Assembly: GCA_951406725.2 (NCBI GenBank)
Contig: OX597832.1
Location: 67,270,001 to 67,334,000 of the forward strand
Origin: Octopus vulgaris
Taxonomy: Eukaryota
Length of the DNA stretch: 64,000 nt
Direction: 5' to 3'
Under the pieces are notes generated by a model that saw only the letters and a program-made list of their open reading frames with translations, was not told the origin of the DNA and did no database searches. The position numbers and the translations under genes were made by a program. Of this stretch, positions 27,415 through 41,200 are shown piece after piece (within the stretch, counting starts at the first letter, position 1; every line of letters starts with the position of its first letter).

Positions 27415-27453
<39 letters not shown>

Positions 27454-27519
27454 TTACGTATTTATGCTTATGATTGTTTAATGTATACAGTATATAATTA
27501 TGAGTTACTAATAGTTTCA

Positions 27520-27732
27520 TACATTGGAGATATTAACCCCAAGATTACGAGTTCCATTCCAGGGAGTGACCTTAATAAAAATAATAATAACATCGAAAAA
27601 TATCTTAGAAATGAGAACCCAGGTTCGAAATTTCCCCAAGACACCTAATAAAGGCTGGAGGGTATATCAGCCATAACGTTGTGTTAACAACAAACAAGCT
27701 GAGGACAAATATCCGTCAAATATAAATAATGA
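27520..27732 (+). mobile_element. SINE family D, second copy (5'-truncated)
   Basis: taaccccaagattacgagttccattccagg...atgagaacccaggttcgaaatttcccc...ggacaaatatccgtcaaa is homologous to 17994-18345 (minus). Confidence 0.8.
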
Positions 27733-28674
27733 ATGCTTACTTCTCAAACATTAATTTGTCAGTCTATGTCCTATGCGTGCATGAAAATCTATTCAATAAC
27801 TTCTTGTTTTCAGGATGTAGACATAACCATGTGTTTAAGACTCTCACTTTAAGACATTCTGGTTCTCAACCATCCTCTAATTCCTTAGCTCTCTAGGTTT
27901 ATCTTGATATATTATGCCCTTATATTTGACAATAGTTTTTAGTAGAAATTTAGGGGCAAAAATTTTCAAGAAATAATAATGTGTATAAAAATATGAATAA
28001 GTCTCATTATGTCTGCTATTCGCCCTCACCAACGTCCCCATCTTGATCATTCTCATCATCGATTGCCCCTCCAGTAATTCTTAGTTCCATTAACGAACCT
28101 AACAACCAACGTCACTATAATTATCATCATCGTCGCCATTGCGCTAGAGATTATAAATAATGTATTCTCTCAGTTCTCTTTGTCAGAATTAGTATTCATA
28201 AACGTGACAGTCGATAGGCTAACAATATAACATTATGGCCTCTTTTCATATAATAATCACTGGTGTATTTGCATTTTCATATTAGTTTCTTTACGAATAG
28301 TTGGACCTCTCCAGGAAAGTGTGACAGTCGGTGAATACAGAATTCATTCTCTGGGACGCAATAATGCGTTTCATATTTCAGGATGTTCTTAGAATATCCC
28401 TTGCGTACATGAGCGCGGGGAGAACACACACACGCACGTCTATATAGCGTATGATATCATGTGATCACAACATTTTCCTGAACTGTCGGCCAGGACGCTA
28501 TATCACACGAACGCTCATCTCTAACTTTAACGTTTTTACAACAGAAAGATGGATAAGCTATTGAAAGAGATTTTGTAACTACCGATCTTTTATTATATTT
28601 TGTACTCATACGAGAACCGGTTCGATCCCCGATATGAGTATTAATCCTTTAAGACGTCGAGTAACTAACGTCAG

Positions 28675-28960
28675 AGAAAATGCTGACTGCCTCTTTACGT
28701 TCTGAGTACAAATATTGCGGTGGTTAAATCTGCTTTTCATCTTTTCGGGTTCCTTAAAGTATGGTTCCCCATAAGTTCTGAGGTCGATGTAATCGTAAAC
28801 TCGATCCTGACGTTAGTGGCCTGGCCTTTTTTCAAAATATTTTAAGGTGAACTAGCTGAATCGTTTGAGCGACAGGAAAATGTTTTGTTCTGTTTCTTTT
28901 AATTCATTCTTGCTTGATTCAAAATCCATCGAGGGGAACTCAGCCTTCCATGTTTTAGGT
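28675..28960 (+). mobile_element. Two decayed SINE family B copies
   Basis: ACGTTCTGAGT..CTTTTCATCTTTTCGGG..GGTCGATGTAATCG, followed by a second head GGTGAACTAGCTGAATCGTT. Confidence 0.55.
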
Positions 28961-29132
28961 GCAGTTATTGTTCTTAATCGAGCTGAACAAAATCATTAGT
29001 ACGTCGTACAAATTTCCTTTGCTCTATTGCTATCCTTCCTCTCGGATCCGATAAAATATAACAAGGTTGAGCACTGGAGTTATTCAAATACTTCCCTTCA
29101 AAATCACTGATCTTGTGACAAAAACTACAAAG

Positions 29133-29195
29133 AATTATTATTATTATAATTATTATTATTATTATAATTATTATTATTATCATCATTATTATTAA

Positions 29196-29249
<54 letters not shown>

Positions 29250-29290
29250 CATTATTATTATTGTTGTTGTTGTTGTTTTTTATTATTGCT
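29133..29290. repeat. (TAT)n/(TGT)n microsatellite
   Basis: Direct run. Confidence 0.95.
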
Positions 29291-30420
29291 TTACTTCTCA
29301 GAACGTTCGGTCTTGTTTGTTCTGGTAGAATCTGGGAGAGCAGACAGCAGCCGGTTGTAAGAGATTTTGTTAAACAGGGTCACTTTCGGCACATTATAAC
29401 ATTTGATACTTGGTTGTTAAATATCAAGGAAGACATTAAACATCCAAGTACTAATCTGAAAATCCTAGCTGTCCCTAGCAGAGTTTTTGGGGCTTGCTCT
29501 GCTCTCATGTCAATTACGATTCCGTTGACATATTACTCGCCCTTGTTTGTTAGTGCTCCTACAACTACCGGAGTAACAGACACTCTCTTCACAATTCACA
29601 TTCTTGCAATTTCATCTGTTCGTAGTCTGTAATATTCAATCTATTCTAGTTCTTTGTCACTTATGCCTGCATCTCCAAGTATTGCAATATCTATAATCTT
29701 GGTTCGCTTTTTTCCTTTATCTACCACAACAATACCTGGTCTCCAAGCATCGATTAAGGAGTCACATTGGATTGTAAAATCCCACAGTATCTTATTTTCC
29801 TTGTTCTTGGTGACTCCTTGTTCATGTTCGTATCATTTCCATGTTCTGTTCAGGCCATACTTTTCACATAGCCTTCAGTGGGGGAAATTAGCCACGTTAT
29901 CGTGTCTCCTTTTGTAGTGCTTTTGTGTCAGCTTGCTACAGCCACTCACAATATGTGAGATTGTTTCGTTTCTGCTGCCACACATCCTATACCTTTAGTT
30001 CCGTTCACATTTGCGCCGTTGTTTGTGTTAATTTTATTCACCATTACTCCTACACAGAGGAAAGTGTTGATAAAGTGTCACAGCTACCAGTATTTTTATC
30101 GAGACACCATTTCTAGACGGGTTTGTCTACAATGATTTAAAGTGTCCCTTCTCTCCTTAAAACTTTACGTGAGCTTTCCTGAACCGAACACTAAATCCAG
30201 TACTCGGTGCTCCACAGATGCTGATTGCGTTGTTATTTGGATTACCGTTGACTCCTCAGAGTTCATCCACCCTTAGACAGGTCTTGTATTACAACATGCA
30301 AGGAGACCAAATAGTAACAAGCACCCTTCTCACAAGTCAAGCTCTTGGGGTGGCCGGTTTAGTCGCCAACGGCCGACAGCTAACAAAAAGGAGGGGAGAA
30401 AGGGAGTAAGTTACTAAAGT
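29290..30420 (-). mobile_element. R4/Dong-like element, internally deleted (putative 5' end fused to the endonuclease region)
   Basis: Minus 29430-29990: HIVSGCSKL..YKRRHDNVA..KILWDFTIQCD..IIDIAILGD..TPVVVGAL..LGTARIFR. Segment 30200-30410 is GC-richer and begins CCCTTCTCCCCTCC, like the 5' stub at 10155-10180. TAA/TAC tracts on both sides. Confidence 0.75.
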
Positions 30421-30432
30421 TTGATGTTGTTG

Positions 30433-30550
<118 letters not shown>

Positions 30551-30919
30551 GTTAGATGGATATTAGGTATTTGCCTTACGAGTTTGGTTCGGCTACTGGT
30601 AACAAGCAGATGGGTTTGGGAGGAGTGTTTCAGGTAACTTTCAGTTATGTCAAAGTCTCTTTAATTGACTTGTTATACACGGCATTGAAATGGCTTCGTA
30701 GTGGTCAAGTGCTCGAGGAAGAAGTAGAACAGTCTGGGTATTTTAAAGAGATGATTTCCATACGTGTATGTATGAAGTGTCAATTTTAGAAATTTATGAT
30801 CCAAGCAGAGAAGGACAGAGACATGTTTTAGACAGAAACTGGAACTAGTCTGTGACTATGATTTCGGCTGAAAATTTTTACAATGTCAACAAGTAATCTT
30901 CAGAAGTATGTGATAGAAG

Positions 30920-30964
<45 letters not shown>

Positions 30965-31059
30965 GGTATAGAGGAAGAAAGAGAGAGGTACAGAAAGAGA
31001 CAGAAAGATAGAGAGAAAATAAATATTGTTGTTGTTATTATCATTATTATTCCTTCGTA

Positions 31060-31960
31060 ACACAGTGTTTGTAAAAATGCACCGGAGTACTTAGTTATCT
31101 GTCAAGTCATAACAAGGATTTAAGAAAGATAATACTTTGTTTAAGCTGTAAGCTGTGCCCTTTAATGCTGCTTTTTGCAAGACATTAATCTTGTATGGAA
31201 TTTCCAGTTGCTTTAATTGAGCCCAACACTCCGATCACCGCTGGTATCGCTTTTGCATTACCCTCTCGAATTCCATAGAGTCTTGCCATTTCCACTTTCA
31301 ATTCGGAGTATTTGGTAATTTTGTTTCAGCCTCTTTACTCACAACATTCATGTCATTTGATATGGCTACATCAATGATCTGACAGAAATAATGCGACTGT
31401 GCGCGAGTTTATTGCAGAAATTATTACTCTGGCATTCAGGTTTGAAGCCAATACAGCTCTCACTCGCTGCAGGTGCTCTTTCTTTGTCTTTTATTTCCTA
31501 TCGTTGTGTTGAATTTCTTTCTGCCTCGTCTCATCACAATCGTAGTACATTTTCAGAGTCCAAACTCCATCTTAATATCATTTGAGAACATCTGCACAGA
31601 CTGCACTAATTCTCCAGTTCTGGTTCAGTTTCTCTGAACAATTTCAAGTCGTCTACAAATAGCAACTGCTTCAGTTTTCTCTTACCTTTTCTCAGATTAT
31701 ACCCCAATTTTGTCTTTTGTAATATTTCTATTAAGAGGATCATTCCAAGCACAAGCATCAATGGAGATACACTATCACCCTGGAAGATCATTTATTTTAT
31801 CCTTAGTAAACTTATTTAGTTATACCGCTTCTATAGTTCGGTCAGTGTTAATGAGGAAATCTCATAATATCCTGTATTTCTCATTTTCTATCACAGCTTC
31901 AGGTTTGTGTTCATACCAGTGCTCTATTACCCTGATATCGACTAATACTTCACCTCAAAA
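31060..31960 (-). mobile_element. Rearranged R4/Dong-like fragment
   Basis: Contains WYEHKPEAVIENEK..TDRTIEA, IFQGDSVSP..LLFVDDLKLF, RVRAVLASNLNAR..AINS and CQIIDVAI..KYSEL..PAVIGVLG. Confidence 0.78.
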
Positions 31961-32819
31961 TTGTGCGCCTTGTGCGAAATTACAGACTATTATTTCAAAA
32001 ATTTCATTCATTGAAGACAATGGCATGCAGGGCCATTGTCTTCAAGGGGATTTGTTGACCGCATCGCACTATCTACTTCATTCATTTTAGTGTTTACTTT
32101 ATCAAGTGGCGGCTAATATATACTTTTGCCACTAATCCAGCATTAATTTTTTTTTTTTTACGTATATGATGATTGCTGAGCAAAACACGAAATATAAACA
32201 TAATTTCGAGTAGAATAACTGGGGTAGAGAAAATTTGTTAGCTTTTCTCCTAACATATTCAAATATGAAGTAATATTATTTTGCCTCTCTCTATATTCTT
32301 AACTTCGTTAGGTTAGTGAGGTCAACTGAAATGTATGGCCTTGAGAAAAGCAACGGAAAAATATGTTCTGTCTCTTTAAACTTAACAATTGCATTGGCAG
32401 TGCGCCAGAATCAACATTGTGATTAGACTTCAATAGAACGACTATATATGTTTGTGTCAGGTAAGATATCGAGGTTTCTATCTGTTTCGGTATATTGTTA
32501 CCATTTCGCACTTCTGACTGTGTGTGTATGTATGTATGTATGTATGTATGTGTATGTATGTATGTATGTATGTGTGTATGTATAAACATCTTTTTGGAGA
32601 ATATTATCATGTAAGTGAATATGTGTATGTGTGGCAATAATGTTATCGTATCGTTTTGCGTTTGTGTGTGAAGTATTTTTTTTCTTTTACTTTTCACTGA
32701 TTTTCTCACCTGTTAATAAGAGAGCACTGATTAGACAGAAAAACATTAGCGACTGATATTATATACGTGTGGCGATTAAGCGTTCCTGGGTGTAAGTGTA
32801 ACTTTCTCGGTGTGCGAGT

Positions 32820-32857
<38 letters not shown>

Positions 32858-34277
32858 AATAGAGAGAGAGAGATAAAGAGAGATTGGTTGTTCGATTATT
32901 TGATTTGGGCATATGATATAGACAAAGAATTTCTAGAGAAGCAATCATAGTGATTTTATTAGAAAAATGGAAAAATAATGGCAACATAAAGGTTAGTGAA
33001 GTAAAACGTGTGAGGTTGGGGCTGGTGAGGATGAACTAAACCATATGTGCATGGATTTGGTGCACCGAAATGTAAAGAAGATTGTTTAAATCCCAATAAT
33101 TATTTGAAATGAAAACACAAGTGAAGAAATTGAACGAGGAAAATAACGGGCACGATATAGTTTAGAAAGTCTCTTTAAACACTTAGTGAAGTGAAGGGTC
33201 ATGTTCATTACCTTTTGCTAGATCTGAGGGACTAGCGATGGAAATCGATGTAGTTTGCTTCCATAATTAGGTTTACGTATAATCTATGACGACCCTGTCT
33301 TATTTCCGACATTGTACCGTTGCTGTTGTTGAATCTTCATAAATATAGTAGGGTATAATTCGAGAATGAATTGGCTGTCCTTATCAGTATTTATAATAAC
33401 TGCATAGATGATTCTTCGATAATAATTTGTAGTAGAAAACGTCGCAAGTCAAGAATCGATTTCTTCTCTGACCAAACCTGTGGAATTTGCTAAACGCTAA
33501 ACACCCTCGAGGGATATTCGATAGTGTTCAACGGGATAATGTCTGATTAAATGTTTTTAAACACATTCATTAGCCACTGGTTATGCATATTTTCTCCCCT
33601 ACATCCTATAAATGCATATTTCGACGACCTTTTAAACATTAAATGTGTTTCAATTTTTCAATTTTACAAACAAAATATAAAATTTTAAAAAGTGTTTTAA
33701 AATATTCAAAAATCATTAACTTTTTTTTTTGGCTGTTTTGCCAGTTAAAAAAAACTGTGTTTGCAATTTAAAATAGACAATAAATGAAAATGCATGAAGA
33801 CAGTTCAGCATTTCGCTTCCTACATTGATTTTTGGTCTTTCAAATCTAAATATTTTAACGATTTTTTTTAGTTCGCAAAATTTTATCAAGATTCGTAAAT
33901 AATGAAAATTGGTTCATAATTTTTATTATGTTACTTTGTATTATATTACATTATTTTACTGAATTTTATCATATTTCATACAACTTTTTTTTTCTTTCTA
34001 CAGTTTCTGAACGAAGAACAATATAAATCAAATCATTATTATGATTTAATTATTTAAATAAGTGAGTGGAAATATTCTCATCACGACATTCCTGCAGGAA
34101 GAGTCGCCGATGTCTATGAGACAGTGGCTTCAAGCAGAAAAGACCCACGAGACACAGTGAAAGAGAAAATGATACAACTAATATAATATTTCTAACTCAC
34201 TGGGTTTCATTTATTACACCGTGCCTGTACAAACATTACCCTCTTCACTTATTTTGTCTTTATTATTTACGATTAGA

Positions 34278-34950
34278 GTGGTAAGCTGTCAGATACGCTA
34301 GCACACACAGTAAAATGCTTATGGTATTTCGTCTGGTTTTATGTTCTGAGTTCAAATTTCGCTGAGGTCAAATTTGGCTTTCCTTACATTGGGTCGAAGA
34401 AATAATTACTAGTTGATTGCTGGTGTCGATGTAATCTACTAAACCACTGTCCAAATTTTCAGCCATTGTACCTAATGTAGGAAGGCTTATTTCTTATTAA
34501 GGTAGTGAGCTTGCAGAATCGTTAGCGACCAGAAAAAACTGCTTAGCGTAGATTCATACAGCTCTACGCTTCGTGTTCAAATTCGGCCCAGCTTAAAGTT
34601 GCCTTTCATCCATTTTAGGGTCGATAGAATGAATTAGTAGTTGAGCAGTGGAGACGATGAAATAGAATATCCCTTCTCTCCAACATTTCCGGCTTTATAC
34701 CTATAGTAGAACAAATATTATTATTTAGGCGGTGAGCTGCCAGGATAGTCAACAAACCGAGCCAAATTCTTAGCGGCATTTCGTCCGTTGTTACGATCTG
34801 AATTCAAATTCTGACGTGGTTAACATTATATTTCATCCTTTTGGTGGGGGTCGATAAATTTAATACAATTAAGTGCTGGGATTGATATAATCGAATACCC
34901 ATCTTCCTCAAAATTTCAGACTTTACCTCTGCCTAAAGTAGAAATGATAA
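34278..34950 (+). mobile_element. Head-to-tail trimer of SINE family B (~225-bp units)
   Basis: Units start at about 34278, 34500 and 34727; each has AAATGCTTA-like, TTCAAATT, CTTTCATCC-like, GGGTCGA and TAGTAGAA-like motifs. Confidence 0.8.
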
Positions 34951-35048
34951 TCAACATCATCATTACTAGTATGTCTTTCTATTCCGCTCGCTCTAAGCGT
35001 CACTTTTATTTTGCTTAGGGTTCCTTCTAATACATCTTTCTCATATGC

Positions 35049-35196
35049 AGGCACATGGCCTAGTGGTTAGAGCAGCGGACACGCGGTTGAGGGATCGCGG
35101 GTTCGAATCTCAGACCGGGCGATGTGTGTCTTTATGAGCGAAGCACCTAATCTCTACGCAGCTCCGGCACAAGGTAATGACGAACTTCTGCTGACT
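35049..35196 (+). mobile_element. SINE family C, 5' half
   Basis: aggcacatggcctagtggttagagcagcggac...cgaacttctgctgac closely matches 25352-25490. Confidence 0.85.
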
Positions 35197-35203
35197 AACT
35201 AAT

Positions 35204-35355
35204 AGGCGCAGGACTGGCTGTGTGGTAACTAGCTTGCTTACCAGCCACAAACGTGACAGCTTGGGCATGTGTCTTCTACTATAGCCTCGGGCCGACCAAA
35301 AGCCTAGTGAGTGGATTTGGTAGACGTAAACTGAAAGAAGCCCACCGTATATATG

Positions 35356-35409
<54 letters not shown>

Positions 35410-35600
35410 TGCGTTTGTCCTCTCAACATCGCTTGATAACCGATACTGTTGTGTTTACGTCCCCGTAACTTAGCGGTTCGGCAAAAGAGACCGATAGAAT
35501 AAGTACTAGGCTTACAAAGACTAAGTCCTGGGGTCGATTTGCTCTACTAAAGCCGGTGCTCCAGCATGGCCGCAGTCAAATGACTGAAACAATTTAAAGA
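35204..35600 (+). mobile_element. SINE family A without the head insertion (empty target site)
   Basis: aggcgcaggactggctgtgtggtaactagcttgcttacc..., central TA/TG tract, 3' ...cagcatggccgcagtcaaatgactgaaac. Confidence 0.88.
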
Positions 35601-36093
35601 GTATTAAAATATCATTGTCTTAAAAGAGAAAATGAATAAAGCAGCATAGAGTTAATTACATCGACCCTAATACTTTACTGGTATTAGATGTTAATGACAG
35701 CTGAAGGATGAAAGGCAGAGTCGAGTTTGGTTATGTTTTACTATGCTATACAAATATCTAAATTAATTTTGTTTCGTCTTAGATCTCAATGTAAAATAAT
35801 ATGAAAGGTGAACTGGCAAATAAAACGATAAAATATTGTTGTTTGCTTGAGAAGATTAAATAATATTACATTCGATGCAGTCGTTGGTGTTGTTATGTTA
35901 TTAGTTGTCGTTTAGATTCCTTTCAACGCTAGTTAATCAAAGCCAATGCAGAAATGCATAAGGAATATCGCTCCAGCGTTGACCATCCCGTTTTTCTAGC
36001 ATTAGTTGGGAAGTTTAAATCATCAGCTGTGCTCACTACTTAAACAATACTCGAGATAACGAAAACGGAAAAGGGGGGTAAAAAGGAGGATGG

Positions 36094-36162
<69 letters not shown>

Positions 36163-36319
36163 GACAAGGAGACAAAAGTGGAAGCAAGTGTGGCATGAAA
36201 TTGATATTTATCGGACCCGAAATTGCGAAAGGGAAATATGAACTGCAAGTGCTTTGGGTAGGAACATGTGCCGCTAAGGATAATACTCAATGCCCAAATT
36301 ACTGTGCTAACTCACAACC

Positions 36320-37755
36320 ATTAGTTAGTTAGTTAATTTTTTGGCTCAAAACGCAAAAAGCAAGGCCATGTAGGGGGACATGGAGTTATGTACAGGGTGG
36401 TGTTTATGTAAAGAGTTCAGGCCACTTGAGGTGAAGGGAGACTTTGAACCGAGCGGTTGTCGGCATCTTCACCATCTCGTCTGGCAGCTTATTCCACCGA
36501 TCCGCAACCCGGACAGAGAAAGCCCCTCTCCTTCGATTGAGATGAAATCGTCGCAGATAGAGCTTTTCGGAATGACAAATTTGGTGGAGGCATCGACGAA
36601 AATCCTCTATATCACCGCGAGGAGCGACCAGTTTGACAGATTATCGCTGTTCTCCAGTCCACAGGTATGACACCCGTCACCAATGACATGTTGAATAGAC
36701 GTGTTAAGGGTTCGCAGATGACCGGAGCCAACGCTTTGTTAATCCGTGGGTGTATGCCATCAGGGCCGTGATCCTTGTTGACATCGAGGATTGAATAACG
36801 CGTTCGACTTCGTCCCGCGTGATGACCAATCGAAGCATTGGAGGTATTGATCTATCAAATGGAGGGGGTTCACGACCATCATTTTGTTTGAAAATAGTTG
36901 AAAAAGCCTCGTCAAATAATTGACTCTGTTGATAAGGGTCCTCAATCGATACGCCTGTTGAGTCTACCAACGTTGCAATTTGGTTGTTCAAGCGGGAATT
37001 CCGTTGGACATGGCCAAAGAAGGTTTTTGGATTGCTACTAGCGTTTGCCGCGATTTTGTATTCATATCTGAAGCGTTCTTCCTTTACAATTCTCACGGCT
37101 CGGTCTCGTTGAGTTTTGTACACCTCAAAAGCTGCTGTCGAATCCAGATTTTTGAATTCAGCCCAAGCAAATATCTCTGAGTCGAAGTTCTCGTTTAACC
37201 TTCTTCGTCACCCAGGGCTTGTGTTTCTTCTTCTTGGGAAGCCCAACGGGAACTGCCTGGTCAGTCAACCAGATTACATATGCTTTGAGGGATGACCATA
37301 GTTCTTCAACGGAGGACAACATCATCAGGGATCGCCAGTCCAGAAGGGCGGAAGCCTCGGTTAGAATTTCAAGATTAATTGCAGAGAATACTCTACGTGG
37401 CAGCGAAGTAGTCGTGGGCGTAGAAAAAGTTGTGTGCATGACGAACTTCAGGACCGCATGATCACTCTTGGCAAGAGTGGCGCACACAGATACGTCTGAC
37501 ACTGATCTTGGATAGCGGGAGAATACCAGATCCAGCATAGATGGCTGCTGCCCAGACCGATGCCTTGTCGGATATTCAACATGTTGCAATAGAAAACAAT
37601 CTTCAGCCACGTCAAGAAGGGCCAGGCCGAACCGGGAAGATGATGTACAAATTGATGCGGGTAAATCGATCGTGGGAGCGTTGAAGTCTCCTAATATCAA
37701 ACAGTCATGAGAAGCTGAAACGAATCTTATCGCTTCGAGTAAATGAGCAGCAGAA
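36320..37755 (-). mobile_element. CR1-like LINE fragment (APE endonuclease, linker and 3' end; RT core deleted)
   Basis: ILGDFNAP, LQHVEYPTR, LDLVFS and SDH (APE); NPKTFFGHV; GPDGIHP; VIPVDWRTAII; then FSVRVADRWNKLP and an (AACT)n tail. Confidence 0.88.
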
Positions 37756-37824
37756 CTTGGTTAGTCTCTGTCTCTATCCGTCTCTCTCTAACTCTCTCTC
37801 TCTCTCTCTCTCTCTCTCACATGT

Positions 37825-37874
<50 letters not shown>

Positions 37875-37881
37875 CATGCAT

Positions 37882-38038
37882 TGGAGTAGCTCTGTGGTAC
37901 GTAGCATGCCTACCATCTAAATGGTTCTGAGTTCAGTCCCTCTGAGTGGCACCTTGGGTAAGTGTCGTCTACTATAGGCTCGGACTGACCAAAGCCTTAT
38001 GAGTTGATTTGGTTGATGAAAACTGAAAGAAGCCCGTC

Positions 38039-38040
<2 letters not shown>
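37882..38040 (+). mobile_element. SINE family A, 5' half
   Basis: ggagtagctctgtggta...ggcaccttgggtaagtgtc...actgaaagaagcccgtcgt. Confidence 0.8.
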
Positions 38041-38075
<35 letters not shown>

Positions 38076-38077
<2 letters not shown>

Positions 38078-38280
38078 GGTCTGATCGATAAGTATCCGGA
38101 CTGTTGCCATAGTTACGAAGCTAAAGCATGCACAGTAAAGACTCTTGGCATAGACTGACCTTTAATTCTGCTGTGCATGCACACTAAGTTTTCTCGGTCT
38201 ATCTCAATTCCGCTGTGTACAGCAGTGTTTTGAAGGAATGTGTGTAGCTTTTGACTGTATATTGCAAACATCTGGAACAA
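38076..38280 (+). mobile_element. Mariner-like terminal fragment
   Basis: TA + AGGTCTGATCGATAAGTATCCGGAC resembles mariner TIRs (compare 61919); no partner end seen. Confidence 0.45.
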
Positions 38281-41200
38281 GTCTCCAGTTTGGGCATCAT
38301 TTCTTTCCTCCCTCATACACTTTATATCCATGGGAACATTTTATGAGGTTCATAATTTCGATGCAACAAACGAGTCCGACACAAAACACCTGAAGTGGGC
38401 TGGAGCGTACAACAGTCGAAATGTAGTGAGTTTAACAGGGAAAATAAGGACGCCACTGACTATTTTAGATAGTGTACATAATATAAATTCTTATTACAGA
38501 AATATAGAATTGAATAATGTACATATAGATATACTGTACGTGAAGTGGAAGTGTTCTTAGATGGAGAAATCTGACACTACATCTACCAGGTGTTCCCGAA
38601 TTTGTAATTGGGTATAATTTTGCTTTCAAATGATTTCGAAAGAGATCATTACTTGCATGCCATTTGTAGTAACAATCCTTACATAGTGAAATCGATTAAT
38701 TTTTTCCAATTTTCCTTTGCCAATATATAGTAGCTTTGTACCAATATAACAGATCGATATTCATTAACTCACTTAATATTTAATCGAACTTCAGGTCGTT
38801 GGATTGTTAGAATCGATAAAACGTTGAACAAAACTAATTTTTCAGTATTAACTAACTGCCCCTTAACGTTTTGTGTTCTTACGTGACAAGGTTAACTTTT
38901 CCTTTCATCCTACCGATGTCGGTAAAATTAAATAGTAGTCAAGGTTTCTGGTCGATTTTATCACTTGTACATGCCTCACAAAATGCGGCCAAATGTCAAT
39001 GCTAAGAATTTTTTCGTCCAGAAGAAAAATCGCGAATCTTGCTGTTCAATAATGAATTTCAATTGTCGGCTAAATGTGCACTAAATTTTCGTTCACACGC
39101 TCATAAGGATCAACCGGGCTCCACATCATTAGATTACATAATTCGTCTTCCAGAAAGGGCCCATCTAATAAATCGTTAGATTTAGAAATAGAATAAAAAA
39201 TCGTCATCTAACCGAGTTCTGCTGTCAAATAAATGCATGTTACAAAGAAGGTATATCAAATAGGGGCAGAATTAAGATTTTAAAAGCCAAATTATTTCAT
39301 GAGAATAATTTTGATAACAGATTTATGTTTTAATTGATTTAGTAAAGCAAAATTCGACTTTTTAATCAATAAGATGAAATATTCTGCAAACAAATTATTA
39401 ATATATATATATATTTGCGTTCTTGTCCCATTTTGTATTTTTAGATATATTTTTTATACATACATATATATATATAAATCCGTTATATATATTCAAATTG
39501 TACAGAAAGAGAACAAAGATTCACAACTTGGGTTTGGAATCGGTGAAAAGTTTTGAGCATTGTCAAGCTACGAGATCTGGATTCGAAATAAAGTGTCGCT
39601 GCCTTCTGTCCTGAGATAAAGTATATTTGAGAAAAAAATAGTAATTTCTAGCAATTTCAGTTCAACATTTTATGCAAGAGCGCTCTTTATGTAAGTGCCA
39701 CAATCATAGGATTACTGTTTATACATACATACATACCACATACATACATACATACATACATACATACATACATACATACATACATGCACACATACATTCA
39801 TATATGTGTGTGTGTGTTTGTGTGTGTATGTATGCAAGCGTATGTATGTATGTATGACATTATGCATATATGTATGTGTGTGTATATATGGAAAGGGGCT
39901 GTGAGATAGAGAGACACACAGAAACAGTGCATGCTTCTATAATTATTTTAGCTTAAATGATTATTGATGAAATTGAATTCTTGTGTGTCTGGTTCCATTA
40001 GGCCATGTAAAGATCACTTCTAACTAAAGATCACCGTTATGTCAAAATCACCATTACACTGGGAATACTTTTATCATTTTCTAATCGTAACTTGCACGAA
40101 CTACATCCTCGTGGATATTTATATACTCTTGACCTTAAGATATAGTTTCTACTGTGAAGACATTCAATGGACGACAACGCCCAGTCGAATGTCGTCTTAA
40201 ACATGACTAATGCAATTCACAGTGATGTGTGAGAAAAAAGGCAACATATTTTACCAATTTTTTAAAGCTTATTTTTTAATTTATATTTATTTTTTATTCG
40301 TTTGTTATTCTGCTGTATGTTTTTGGTATTTATTATGATGTCTTGATACTCTTAGCGCAGTAATTTGTAGTTTTAGCAAGTAGAGACAGTTTTGGTGCTT
40401 CTTTCATTCAATTTATTACTAAGAGCAAGTGAGTGTTATCTCTTAAACGAGGCAATGAATCGTATTATCTCGTATAGAAGACACTGTGGTAATTTTAGAA
40501 GAAACTTTAGCAAGTAGAAATGGCAATAGCTAGAGGAGAAAATATCGGCTTGCGGCAGACTTAGTATAAGAACAATACTCATTTTAAGTAATCAGAAATT
40601 TCATCTCAATCACTTGATCAAACAATAATCTTAAATCGCATAGTTTGACTTTCAAATAACTATCAATGCATCTTGCACGTAAAATAATATATTTAACGCT
40701 GATGGCTCTGTGGTCATGATGTTTACCTTATAAATACAATCGTTTGTGTCCGAAACAATGCACAAATATCTTCTGTCCTGGCCGGCTGAGCATGAACAAT
40801 ATTTCTTAAACATGATGTTTGAAAGCCAAGTGAAAGGGCCTACATTTGCTCTCTTTTTTCTTTCTTCCTTTCTTTCTTTTTTTTCTGTGCATGTAAACTT
40901 TGTTCATTGCATGGTTTAAGACTACCACCCGGCCTGGGAGTGGTTTCAGTGAGTCAACAGAGTGTTGTTAGTGTCCGGATTGGAATATCTTTCCTCTTCC
41001 TCTCCTGGTGTGTCAGGGCAGCTTCGGTTTGTAGTGGTTGCTTTAATCTTACCTCCAACCCATACTACAAAGAACGCACAATGCTGTTCCCGTAAATCTT
41101 TTTACTGGTGTGTATTAGAGTCCCTGCTTCGTCGCATAATCTCCTAGAAATACAAGACATACTTACAGACCACAACTATATCCTATAAACGGAAGATACC

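Noticed and set aside
34278-34950. CRISPR-like or satellite array
   Set aside because: The units are diverged ~225-bp SINE copies with no repeat-spacer structure, in a eukaryotic context.
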